A stretch of 63,262 nucleotides of DNA, counting the filler, from Hyphochytrium catenoides (Eukaryota; Protista; Hyphochytriomycota): NCBI GenBank assembly GCA_900088475.1. It is 4 parts of 4 records of this genome, joined end to end, with 100 filler letters (N's around TTAATTAATTAA, not from the genome) between each part and the next. Parts side by side here need not be neighbours in the genome. Positions count along the whole stretch, not along the records: positions 30,555 to 61,060 come from FLMG01004144.1; positions 61,161 to 63,262 come from FLMG01001110.1; 2 more parts are not named here. The stretch is one strand, 5' to 3'. The translations under genes and the position numbers were made by a program. Within the stretch, counting starts at the first letter, position 1. Every line of letters begins with the position of its first letter. The notes beneath the pieces are model-generated. The model made no database searches and was not told the DNA's origin. It was given only the letters and a program-made list of their open reading frames with translations. Positions 53,201 through 63,262 of this stretch are shown here, piece after piece.

Positions 53201-56200
53201 CTCTGTCCTCCTCTCCTTTGCCAACTGCACGTCCTACCATCAACAGTAACGGTGCCTTCCAAGGGCAAGAGGGAAAGACACATGTCGTCATTAAGGAACT
53301 GACAGTGCTGGGCGGCTATGGATTCGTTTTTCAGTTCAATGACGTGCGTAGCCTCCATAGAAGAGGAGCTTTGAGATGAGGAGTTGACTCCTTCCCCTTC
53401 CCCTTTAGTTACGCGCGAGAGAGAGTGCTCAGAGAACTTCCGAAGCAGATTCTTTGTGCTTTCCAAGACGGTATTCGCCGGTTGATTGCCTTCACCGTCC
53501 ACTGAACCAAACGTCATTAGAAAGAGAAAAGAAAATGGAAAGACTTATCGACTGAGGATGGAAGCTGTGTTGACATCTCACTCGGAAAGGACCCAGCGGA
53601 AGAGGAGAGAGACTAAGGGATAGACTAAGGATAGGAAAAGGATTATGACGGACGACCATGAGAATCTATATGTTGACAAAAGAATGCTCACGACCAGAGA
53701 GATACCATGCTAAAGGAGGCAAACTTTAGAGGCCAACATGTGCATATGGATGACGAAAGAAACCACTTGCAAATGGGTCACAGACGTATCCCTTAAACAA
53801 ATAACGCCGTGCGCGAGCAAATGAGAGACACACTTACTTTCAGCTCTCTGCGCTCCGTCCGCTTGCTCCAAACAATCTGACTTCTCGGGTGAGGAAGAGG
53901 ACGAGGAAATGGAAGCTGAAGAGGAGATAGGAGCTTGAGAGGAGTTGGTCTGCTCTACTCCCTTTCGGCTCACTTTGGTAACCCCTTTGCGGAGGTAGTA
54001 GACCAGTGCACTGTCCCCTTCTAGCTCTTCCTCGAGGTTTACTAGAGCAGGGACTGGGAGTTAAAAGGGAAGGGAAGCGTTAATAAGCCTCAAGAGAGCA
54101 GTGATTATCCACCCAAGGGAGGGACGAACTAGAGAAAGCGAAAGAATTGGGCGATGGCTAATAGACAAAGAGTCAGGGGAACGACGTGAAACAACAGACA
54201 CATGGTGAGTTGCGGAAGAAGAGAGTGGAGAAAGTGAATGGACTGGAAGAAAGAAAAGATGGTTAAGGAATGAGTTCCACAAAGGAAAACCAAGCATTCT
54301 TGGTAGGGCAATAATAGAAATGCGCAGGAGAGGATGGCTCTTGCCTTCTGGAGACAGCTTGATGGTGCCAGGATTTAAGACATCCCCCACATCATGGAGA
54401 GGAGGAGGTGGAGGAGCAACTTGAGGGATCGCCGCCGTGGGCTCCAACATCGCCCTGTTGGCGAGCTCCTGTGCAATCTTGAGCTCCTGCTTGAGCTTCT
54501 CCACCTCATCTCTCAACTGTCTTATGATCTTAGCATTTGGATCTTCGTTGATGACTGCGCGGTTCACGATGCGTTTGGCTGAAAGGGTCGTGCAGTGTCA
54601 GATTTATATGAAGAACGCGGTCTTTGCTATCATATGGCCCTCGGCCAGTAGGCGTCTCTCGTAGGGCACCTTCACTTCAGTTTTTCCTTCTCTCACTTAT
54701 ACAACCTCCACCCTCACCATCAGTCTATCTTTCCTTCTCTCTTTGTCACTGTAAACGTCTAATCTTATCATGACCCTAACGTCCAAGCCGTCTTTCCTCC
54801 TTACCTGAGTCAGCATAGCGGAGAGTGCTCAAAGTCTCCTCATAGTTCTAGATACCGCATGGATAAGAAAGGCATAAGAACGATGTATTCAAACACATTG
54901 CCAGCAAGTTGTGAGGGAAATCAGAGGGCGAGAGCTTCATGAGTGGAGCCTTAAGGAGGAGAGAGCAGCGCAAAGGACTTGGAGTGCACGCCCAGTTAGT
55001 AACTTAGCAAAGGACATGCAACAACCATATAGGCCACTTTTGGGTTACCTTGTCTGCTGGGCTGATTGTAGAGATCATCGTTGTCTAGAGTGTGCAAAAA
55101 GAAAACAGTTCACATGGGACGTTAAACAGAGCGCCAAGATAAACACTGCCAAGCAACATGTGGAGAGGATTATATGGCATCGGGAAGGTAGATGATATTC
55201 TACGAATAAGGTATGTCACTCTTCTCTCCCTCTCCCTCTCTCAAGTGTATGTGTCCCTTCGCAACCTCTTGTCTCGACCCTCGCTCACTGTTTACCTTTG
55301 CATTGCCACCAAGGCTCTCCTTTAGCAGCCAAGTCAGCACAGAGTCTCGATACGGAACGACGCCCTTGCCTCCATTGTTCACACTAGGAAGTCTATCTTA
55401 GCCATCAACGGCGACGTTCTCCCTTATTCCCATCATTGTAGAGCCCTTCATCTTAGTGGTGTGCTTCTGACCCCCGCCTTTTCCTTCGCCGTTGTCATGG
55501 AAGCACTATCTGAACCCCAAATTCCAAGAAAACTAGTGGGTATTGCATTGCCCTTCCCTTTTTGCTCTGCCCTTCTTCCTTCCTCCGCTCACCATCATAC
55601 CTGCTAAGAGTGGAGATGACTCTCCCTAGCGTAGTCAGACTTTTGTTAATGGTCGATGCCTCTTTGAGTCTATCTCCACTTGTCCCACTGGTATCAGCTC
55701 TCTCAGAGCCAGCCAAGTCGATGAGATTGATGCGCGAAACCTTATCAACCGGGCTGGACGTAGTTGGGTCGACAGCGGTCTGAGACCAGCAGTAGTCATT
55801 GGGGAGTGAGAAAACACGAGAGTGAGTGCAAAGAGAACGCCGTCGCGCATTGAGAGCAATAGCGGTATCCCCAGGTTTAGGACACCATAACTACTAAGAA
55901 GCGATAGGACGCAGCGGAGACTGCATTCAAGTGATGACTCTCCCTGCTTGTCATGCTGGATTTAAGAGCTCCTTTCTCACCTGTATGAAGGTGATAGTGA
56001 AGATCGCATGCGAACGGGAAGAAGCTGCGTTCATCATGGTAGCAGCGACTGTTCGCGTCTCCGTGCCCACAGCCAGAAGACGCTCCACCTAGACGTTGTG
56101 CCACGCATATTTATGTAGAAGAAACCAAGAGTATAGCGTCAGGGGTGCAGACTCTACTATCCTCCTCTTATTGTCCAGTGCGGCCCTTGATCTTTTGCAA

Positions 56201-57944
56201 TTCTCTATGCCGCAACCCTGGCAGAGTCATATCAAGCAGGCTTTGCCCCTTTCCTTTCCCTGTCTTTATTTTTCTCATCCTTACACCTAGGGCTTGGCTC
56301 ACCTCCTCATAACTGGTGACTGGCAACACCGTCAGACCCTCAACGTAGGGTCCGGAGGCGGGGTGCTCCCTAACTCTTAGCTTTCTCTCACTTCGAGAAG
56401 AGTCCGCAGGTCTGGAGTTTTCAATTGGATTCAAGGTCCACAGCAGGTCCTTCACCTTCTCAAGGTAAATTTCGCAGTAGCTCACCTGCAGATCGATAGG
56501 AAAGCGACATGTAAGGGCCCAGTAGCTTTACGCAGAAAAATGAAGACTAGACAAAGAAAGAAGTTGATCTAGCTGAGTGCTCAACCTGATGAGTGGGGCG
56601 CACTGATGCCGAGAAACGAGAGAATAGAAGTACGTCTGGGCTAAAGAGCTAACAGGGATTGCGGGAAAACCTTGACAAACAAGAGGATCGCGAGCTTACA
56701 TGGACTTGATATAACGTCTTAGTAGGCGCAGCAGGGACAGACTGCGTGGTGATCTGGGGTGGAATGATAAGAGAGGAACGGAGGGACGACCCTGTCGAGA
56801 GGGACTGTCGACGGTTCTCGTTGGAGCGTTCAAAGATCGCTTCACAGATTCTAGGGATTAGCCCCTTCTCCTCTACATTCTGTCCTCCAGTCATTGTGTG
56901 GGTCTTCCCACTGCCCGTCTGGGAGCATAGCAGTCGCAACGGTTAAGAAAACGGGAAGACGAGAGTGGAAGATAAAAAAAATAGTATAGCAAGTAGAAAG
57001 AAGTGAACATAAGCTTTTGAAGAAGGGTGGGAGAGATGGACAGTGATGGCAATAAGAGGAGAAGCAAAATAACCTTACCTGTCCATAGGCGAATAAACTG
57101 CAGTTAAAGCCCTCGAATGCATTGTTTACAATGCTCGTGCCAAGGTCTTGGAACAGCTGGAGACAGGACACGTTAAGCATTGTTCAGGCACGGACATGAC
57201 GAGAGAAATTGTCAGCGTGGCTGTGGAAGACAGTCTATCTGCCTGGCATGAAAAGACGCACATAAAGAGGCGAAAGAACAATCGACATCGCAAGAGAGTG
57301 GAGAATGATGTCCCATGGCCCACGCAAGTGGCTCGAATCGAGGGAAGCTGCTGCGAGCAAAGACATATGAAGGGAAGACCAGGAAAGCGGATGTACGACC
57401 ATGGATTCAAGAGAAGATCACGTTCAGTAAGCCTCATGAAGGCCTGACCTCCAACTGGCTGCCGGGACCCAGCCCAGGTTTCGCAAGGTAGCAGCGATCA
57501 AAATTGAACCTCCTTATTTCCTGGTTAGCTGGGTCTTCCTGCTCGTAGTACTTCGGCCGGCGGATAGCGATCCGAGAGCCATCTTCCACCGACACAATTG
57601 ACGTACATCCAGCCTCAATCTGCCAGTATCGGACACGAACAGACGGTGTGAGGATAGGTAACAAGTTATTGAAGGGGGCAGACACATATTGTGAGAAGGG
57701 AGAGAAAGAGACAAGGGACCTGAGGCGAAGAGTTCAAAGTAACCTTGACTAGAGCTACCGTGCTTGCGATTGAGTAAACAAACAGTGACGCGAAGGATAA
57801 CATTACCTCAGAGCTACTCAGTGGGCGCACCCGGATTGCGACCCTGACAGCACAAGATCCTTCGCCTTCCTCCAAACGTGGAGTAGTTGTGCCGGTAGTC
57901 GATAGGCCTGATGCCTTTCTTGATGGTAGGGTCTTTCCCTCCAT
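47222..57944 (-). CDS. Kinesin-3 (KIF1/Unc104/KIF13-like): motor, FHA, stalk, C-terminal PH; many exons
   Basis: [79 protein letters not shown]; FHA region ~53100-54050; PH domain [16 protein letters not shown]...AWVVALDPL. Confidence 0.93.
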
Positions 57945-58599
57945 TGTCCGACACCCTAGCGGGCTTCACCACCACTAGGTTCTTCTCTCAGACGGCCAAT
58001 CGAATAGCGTGGCAATTCAACGCAATGTCCCTAGGCGAGAGACGTGCGGCCTCCAATAGCTGAAAAGAGATAAGTGTGAGATCCCTAGAAAGCAATACTA
58101 AAAGTCAAGAAAGAAGCCCGCCAAGAGTCAAGGCAGCAATACAAGGTAAAGAGAGAGCTCGGGGCCGGGAACGACAAGGCAGGAAAGAAGAGGCGAGAGC
58201 GGGCGGCACGGTCAGCGTTGCCCAGCGGCGGGAGCTGAGAGAGGGAAGCCGAGAGAGGGAGGCCGAGAGAGGGAGGCAGCAGGGCGAAGGAGCGATGCAG
58301 ACGTGGCTAACAACCCACTCCTTCATCTTGTAACGCCGCTTATAGTCGGTAACGGCTAAGGACAAAATGATTCGTAATAAAGGCTAAAGAGATTCTTGGT
58401 TATACTTTGTTAACCCTACTCTATTCCGAATTGAAGGCACCAGTGCCCCAAGCAAAGGTCATCAGAACTTCCCCGAGCTGCAATCATGGGAGAGCATGTC
58501 AAGAGCTTTGTAGATGGTGCTACGGAGAGGGCTCTCCGGCAAAGAAGGGGACTAGAGCACTCAGTATTACGACGAGAGCTTTAGAAGGGACTTAGGAGG

Positions 58600-58990
58600 T
58601 GAATTTTAGTCTGATCAGCCAAGTGGCATCAGTTCCCGAAGTGCTCTCCTTAGGTTATCTACTACTCTTGGAGCCGAGTGTCCAAGCATCAATTAGCGTT
58701 AGAGATACCTCCATTTGCTGCTGCCATAGTAAGCCATCATGTGGTAAGATGCAATAACCTTTCTGATCTCTTGCTAATGTCCGGGCTGGAGCCGAGCGTC
58801 CTTACATTTAAAGGGCATCCTTCTTCTTCTGAGATGAAACCCCATCTGTTAAGATGTAAATGATGTCTGCAAACACGTGGCTTGGAGCCGAGTGCCCACG
58901 ATCGTTAGAATTAGATATACCTCCTTGTTCTGCTGCGATAATACCCATTTGATAAGATGTAATAACGTTTCTGATGTCTAGCTAGCATTT
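58600..58990 (-). pseudogene. Decayed Sel1-like repeat coding relic (three ~106-bp units)
   Basis: TGGAGCCGAG recurs at ~58670, ~58788 and ~58883. The minus strand reads DIRNVITSYQM..AAEQGGISN and IRKVIASYHM..AAANGGISNAN with frameshifts and stops. Confidence 0.5.
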
Positions 58991-59358
58991 AGATGTCGTC
59001 AGCTTCTCTCAATGCGTTGCGGGAAAGAGAGTCCGTCCTATTCAATCTGTCGAAAGGCGAGGTAGATTTACTTAAGGGCTTAGCTATGTTTCAAGTCACT
59101 GGGTAGAATCAAAGAGTGTGCTATAAGAGAGTGGCGCATGATTCTTCCGGGCACCACTAGTCCGCGAAAAAACCTTAATACCGATTGCCACCTGAAGCTA
59201 ACCCAGGTAAGATGCTAGAGTGGTGCAGCCAGTATAGCCAAAGCATTGCCCCAGCACCAGCGCTACTTTGAGCTGTCTGCCGCGCATCAACTAAAGCCTG
59301 TAAACAGCGACTAGCTATCTGCAGCGCCTCTTTTACTGATGTGGGGTTTACACAAACA

Positions 59359-60177
59359 TTACCACTCGTACGAGTAATACTTTTTAGGCATCTTGCGCCT
59401 GGAAGGCACGCCAGGCATAGGCGGAAGATCGTTCTCCTTACACCATTGAAGGAACTCCTCCTGTTTATCCACCCATTCTTCAGTGGGAAGATGATCTGGC
59501 TGATGCTTAGCTAGCTCAGAATGCATGCCAGCTGAAGTGGACCGACCGAGATGTTCATGAAAAGAATGATTAGCAAGGATCTGCGGTCAGGACATGCAAT
59601 GGTAGAACCTACCCCATGTTGCGGTCATTGAAGTCCGTGTACCAGAAGGGTCGTATCGCAGGACATGTGGATTCTATTTGAAAGGGATAATATAGGTATG
59701 TGGGGCCATCATAATAACCATTGACTGGTCCATTCCTTACCTTGTTACCCGGTGACCCGGTAATTTTCAGTGGCTCCGGAACGACGTTATAATCTTCTGG
59801 GAGTTGAATAGAAGGATGCACGCCAACGATGGGAGCTGGCTTATTTCGGGTGGTGTCCCGTGTATAGAACTGTATGTTGTACGTCAAGCTCTTGTCTTCC
59901 ACAGTTGGGACCCTGGCGGGAGGATGTGACCCTGGCGCTGGGTACCTGTAACCTTTTGCTCTAGGACCCAAATTTGAGCGTACGGCAGGAGCCTGGCCAA
60001 GGTCATGGGTGGCACCTGGAGACCCTGGGAACTTCAGGTACTTCTTGAGCTAGATAGATGACTGTGTCAATCTCACGGCTCCTACTGCCTTAGCTGCATT
60101 GATGCTGTAGCTGCTCCTACCTGATCCCTAACGCTCTTGGGCACAAACTTGCTAATCTTGAACCCGGAGTCCGCCAT
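59359..60177 (-). CDS. NDUFA7: Mitochondrial complex I accessory subunit B14.5a/NDUFA7-like (4 exons)
   Basis: LKKYLKFP...YRYPAPGS...ARVP....TYNIQFYTRDTTRN resembles plant B14.5a. Exons splice in frame to YYSYEW*. Confidence 0.7.
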
Positions 60178-61060
60178 ATTGCCCTACAGTCGACCACTGA
60201 ACAAGATGATGAGTGGGAGAGGACAGCGATGGAATGGGCCGATGATCTCTGTCCAGACTCTGCTCATCGGTCTGTTAGTCAGAATTCTGTACAGTTGTAC
60301 AGGTAATGGAGATCAGCAAAGCATCTGTCACTGTGAGCAGGGTCCGCTAATTGGCCTCTAAATATGGGAGATTGCGTCCACTTAGGCCTTTCCTAAACCT
60401 CAGGTTGTCAGTTACGAGGACTCGGAGTTCTTTAACCCCTTTAAAGTCAGCTAAACTTGAGAGGTCGTGGGGGAGATTTGGGACGTGAAGAGGAATGTAC
60501 AGAAAGTGGTGCGGCATCCAAATAATGGCTAGGGTTACTTTGGGAGAGACCAAAAAATAAAAAGAGGAAGAAAGAGAAGAGAAGAGAGAACGTTGTACAT
60601 AACAGGGAAGGTATGGCTTCGTTGCTGTTGTAGTATGCAAAATAGTCTAAGTGTTAGTCAGACTTTACCGAACAGCATTGCCGCGCCAAAGTCCCATGCA
60701 ACCCCAATCAAGGTGTGGCCCATTTCTTGGTTGCCATTTATTGGCCCATACTTAAAACCTTAGAGAAGGATCCACTCCGCCAAATTTGCCACACCACATG
60801 GCGGTACGGCCAGGTGGTTAAGGTCTGGCGGGCGGAATGGGAAATGAGAGTTTGAGGGCAATTCCAGCGGAATCTCTGAAGCAGAGTGGAGCATTAACGC
60901 ATCTGGCCCTTAGCCAATCACGACGAGCCTTTTGACAACACTATGTGTTAACGGCTATTATTGTAGATAACACTAACCGTTTGCGCCACTAGATCTCCTC
61001 TGATTGGCTGAAGCGATGCCATCAAACAGTCCTATGAACGGCTTCAAGAAGTGTCGTGCT

Positions 61061-61160
61061 NNNNNNNNNNNNNNNNNNNNNNNNNNNNNNNNNNNNNNNN
61101 NNNNTTAATTAATTAANNNNNNNNNNNNNNNNNNNNNNNNNNNNNNNNNNNNNNNNNNNN
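61061..61160. other. Artificial contig linker
   Basis: N-flanked TTAATTAATTAA. Confidence 0.9.
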
Positions 61161-63262
61161 AGAAACTGGTCAGTTCGTGCTCTGTCCCAGGCGCATGGCC
61201 CTTCAGCAGGTCAGTGAGCGCCAGAGCTCTCTGGCGGAAGAATGCGTGGACAAGAAAATAGCTGTTGTTAGCGGAAGAAGATGCTGCACCTGATTCTCTT
61301 TATGCTGGCAGCGGCCCCAGTCCTTCTACCGGCCCAACCTCTGTCCCCAACTATGCTTTTTCACATTGTTTGCCTTCAATTTCCCTCCCATGTCAGTCTT
61401 CTGCTACCTCGTTTCTCTGCTCCCAGAGTACTTACCTTACGTCACTGATCAAGCGCTGGGTCTCGTTCTGCTCCTTGCTGGCGCGGACCATGCGGTGGAG
61501 GATTGAGACCTTCAGGCGCAACGCAGAAGGCGAAGCCTCCGCCTTCAGATGTGCGAGGCTGCCTGATAAAAGAGCCTGGGAGCAATGTTAAGAGTTAGAG
61601 CGGCGCCCTGTTTCCATACTTTATCAAGATAGAGCAGTCTATCAAGCACCACTTTCCCATTATCTCTTTCTCTCTGTTTTCCTGGGGTTCTTAGTGTGCC
61701 GCCTATCGCTTTGCCTACACACATTTACCGGACGCAGCTCTCTTCCTTCGCTGCTTGTTGTCCCACCTGCACCTATGATCATAGCCCCTTGAACTCTCAC
61801 CTGAGCCTCTTGATAGCTTTTCCTGTCCAGGGCTGCATCAGCCCAGAATAACAGCTGACCAACAAGCATCTCCGCTTTGGAACTTCCTTCTTCCCCTTCA
61901 TCGTCGGCTTCCTCGGCCACTAAGACCAAACATGAAGAAGAGGGAAAGGCGCTGATAAGAAGCGAGACCGACAGTGGGGTTGGTCAGGTGACCGACGGAA
62001 AGCTGACGAAGAGCGAATAACACGAGTAGATGTCAAGAGAGAAAAGAGAGAAAGGTGAAGAGGACTTTTGTCTGCCTTAACTAACCTTCGGTCCCTTCTC
62101 CTCCTGCCTCCATCAACTCTAAGGCCTTTGTCACTTCGCTTTCAGCGCAGCAGTTGGTGGAGGAATTGGACTTTGCTGCCAGGAGGAGGATGGCTTTCCA
62201 TAGAAGGGGGAAAGAGTGGATGAAGAAATACATTAGAGAGAGGCTTCAAGGTAAACATCTAGAAGTGTCGTGACCTTGTTCCTCTTCCTCTTCCGGCTCC
62301 ATTGCCTCCGAGTTCTTAGTGATATTATCGCATTCTTGGGAATCTTCCTCGGCGCATTCTCGAGCATTATCTTCCTCGGGGATGGTCTCTGTTGCTGTAG
62401 ATAAAGAGGGAGCAAAAGGTTTAGGACAAGTGACATGATATCCAGTCAGAGAGACGAGAGAGAGAGACACGAGGTCTTTCCAGCGATAGGCTCTTTGTCT
62501 TGCCAGCACTGAGGCCGGAAGGATCTTAGGCTGCTTTCCTCCAACTAGTAGCGTGCGGCTTCTGATCCCTTCATTTGGTGACAGGTATCTTCTCACCCAT
62601 GGTGTCTGTCTCCCTCCTCTCTGGCTCCTTCTCTCCCTCTTCTTCTTTTCCTTCCCTCGATGCCGTCCTATGTTTAGTGTTCTAAGCTGTTTTCCTTAAC
62701 GTCCGCGCAGAGAAGCGATACTAAGAGGACAAGGTCCTGAAAGATGACGGATTTTGGCAGCAACTGTGGCTGGAGAACCAATATGCAGTCTCTTGCCCCA
62801 ATGAAGTAGAAACCCTCTCATATCTGCCTCATCTCTCTTCTCCTGCTGCAGCCATTCACATTATCTGATAATCCGGCCCTTCAGCTCACCTTGCTCCGTC
62901 TCTTCGACTTCACCGTCTGTTGTCCCAACAATCTGAGCCAAGTTACATTCAGAACCTGCCTGAGAGGAGTATTTGAACTCTTCCAGAAGCATGCCTGCGA
63001 AGCAATGAGAAGGGAGAGGAAGGGCCGTAAGAGAGAGACAGCGGAGAACAACCCTTCTTACAAGAAGAAAAGCCGCAGGTGGCCACTGGGAAACACCAGG
63101 AGAAGCGAGGGCAGCTAGGAAGTTGTCCTGCTCACCGAGTCTTTCTGTCCATCTCTTAAGAAGCTGATGAGCGAGGACCAAGAGACTCTGAGCCACGCTC
63201 CAGAACAAGCCGTCAAAGGACAGCACTAGCTGCACCATCAGCACGCCAACGGTCGTTAGCAA
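61161..63262 (-). CDS. Partial multi-exon gene of unknown product (helical/acidic segments)
   Basis: Exon-like blocks with GT-AG ends (LVLSFDGLFW...; MLLEEFKY...; AEMLVGQLLFWADAAL...; ALRLKVSILHRMVRA...). I could not resolve the full frame. Confidence 0.55.

Noticed and set aside
47222-57944. Introner-type repeated introns or non-canonical splice sites in the kinesin gene
   Set aside because: The junctions I checked are GT-AG, and introns share only GA/CT microsatellites.
40849-57944. Functional clustering of the KLC-like TPR gene with the kinesin
   Set aside because: Kinesin-3 does not use kinesin light chains and TPR_12 proteins are common; proximity is likely chance.
58669-58900. CRISPR-like regularly spaced repeats
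   Set aside because: Whole units are homologous, there are no cas genes and the context is eukaryotic; better explained as a Sel1 relic.

Overview
Intron-rich eukaryotic nuclear DNA using the standard code, with GT-AG introns of about 60-350 nt and many GA/CT microsatellites. The gene content suggests a flagellated protist, probably a stramenopile (inference). The window is a scaffold with N gaps; three of them contain an artificial TTAATTAATTAA linker (14596, 30499, 61085), so adjacency across those joins is unreliable. Recognisable genes are a standalone PAS-domain protein, a ZCCHC17/pNO40-like S1 + zinc-knuckle gene with a long RS/RP-repeat N-terminus, an intronless SEC11, CCDC57, the PP2A catalytic subunit (GC-AG first intron), ALKBH6, a TPR protein with an RGG/YG tail, a RumA/TrmA RNA methyltransferase, a kinesin-3 (motor-FHA-PH) and NDUFA7/B14.5a. 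Orphans are a 'YKDEGG...KVSRR...PICVLSKRK' putative DNA-binding protein, a ~6-TM membrane protein and a secreted protein. Relics include a Ty1/copia RNase H fragment, a decayed Sel1-repeat gene and a possible piggyBac remnant. I found no confirmed novel multi-gene system. The best leads are the candidate uncharacterised transcription factor and a recurring upstream motif set (ACTACAA, GGCCCA, CCAAT).
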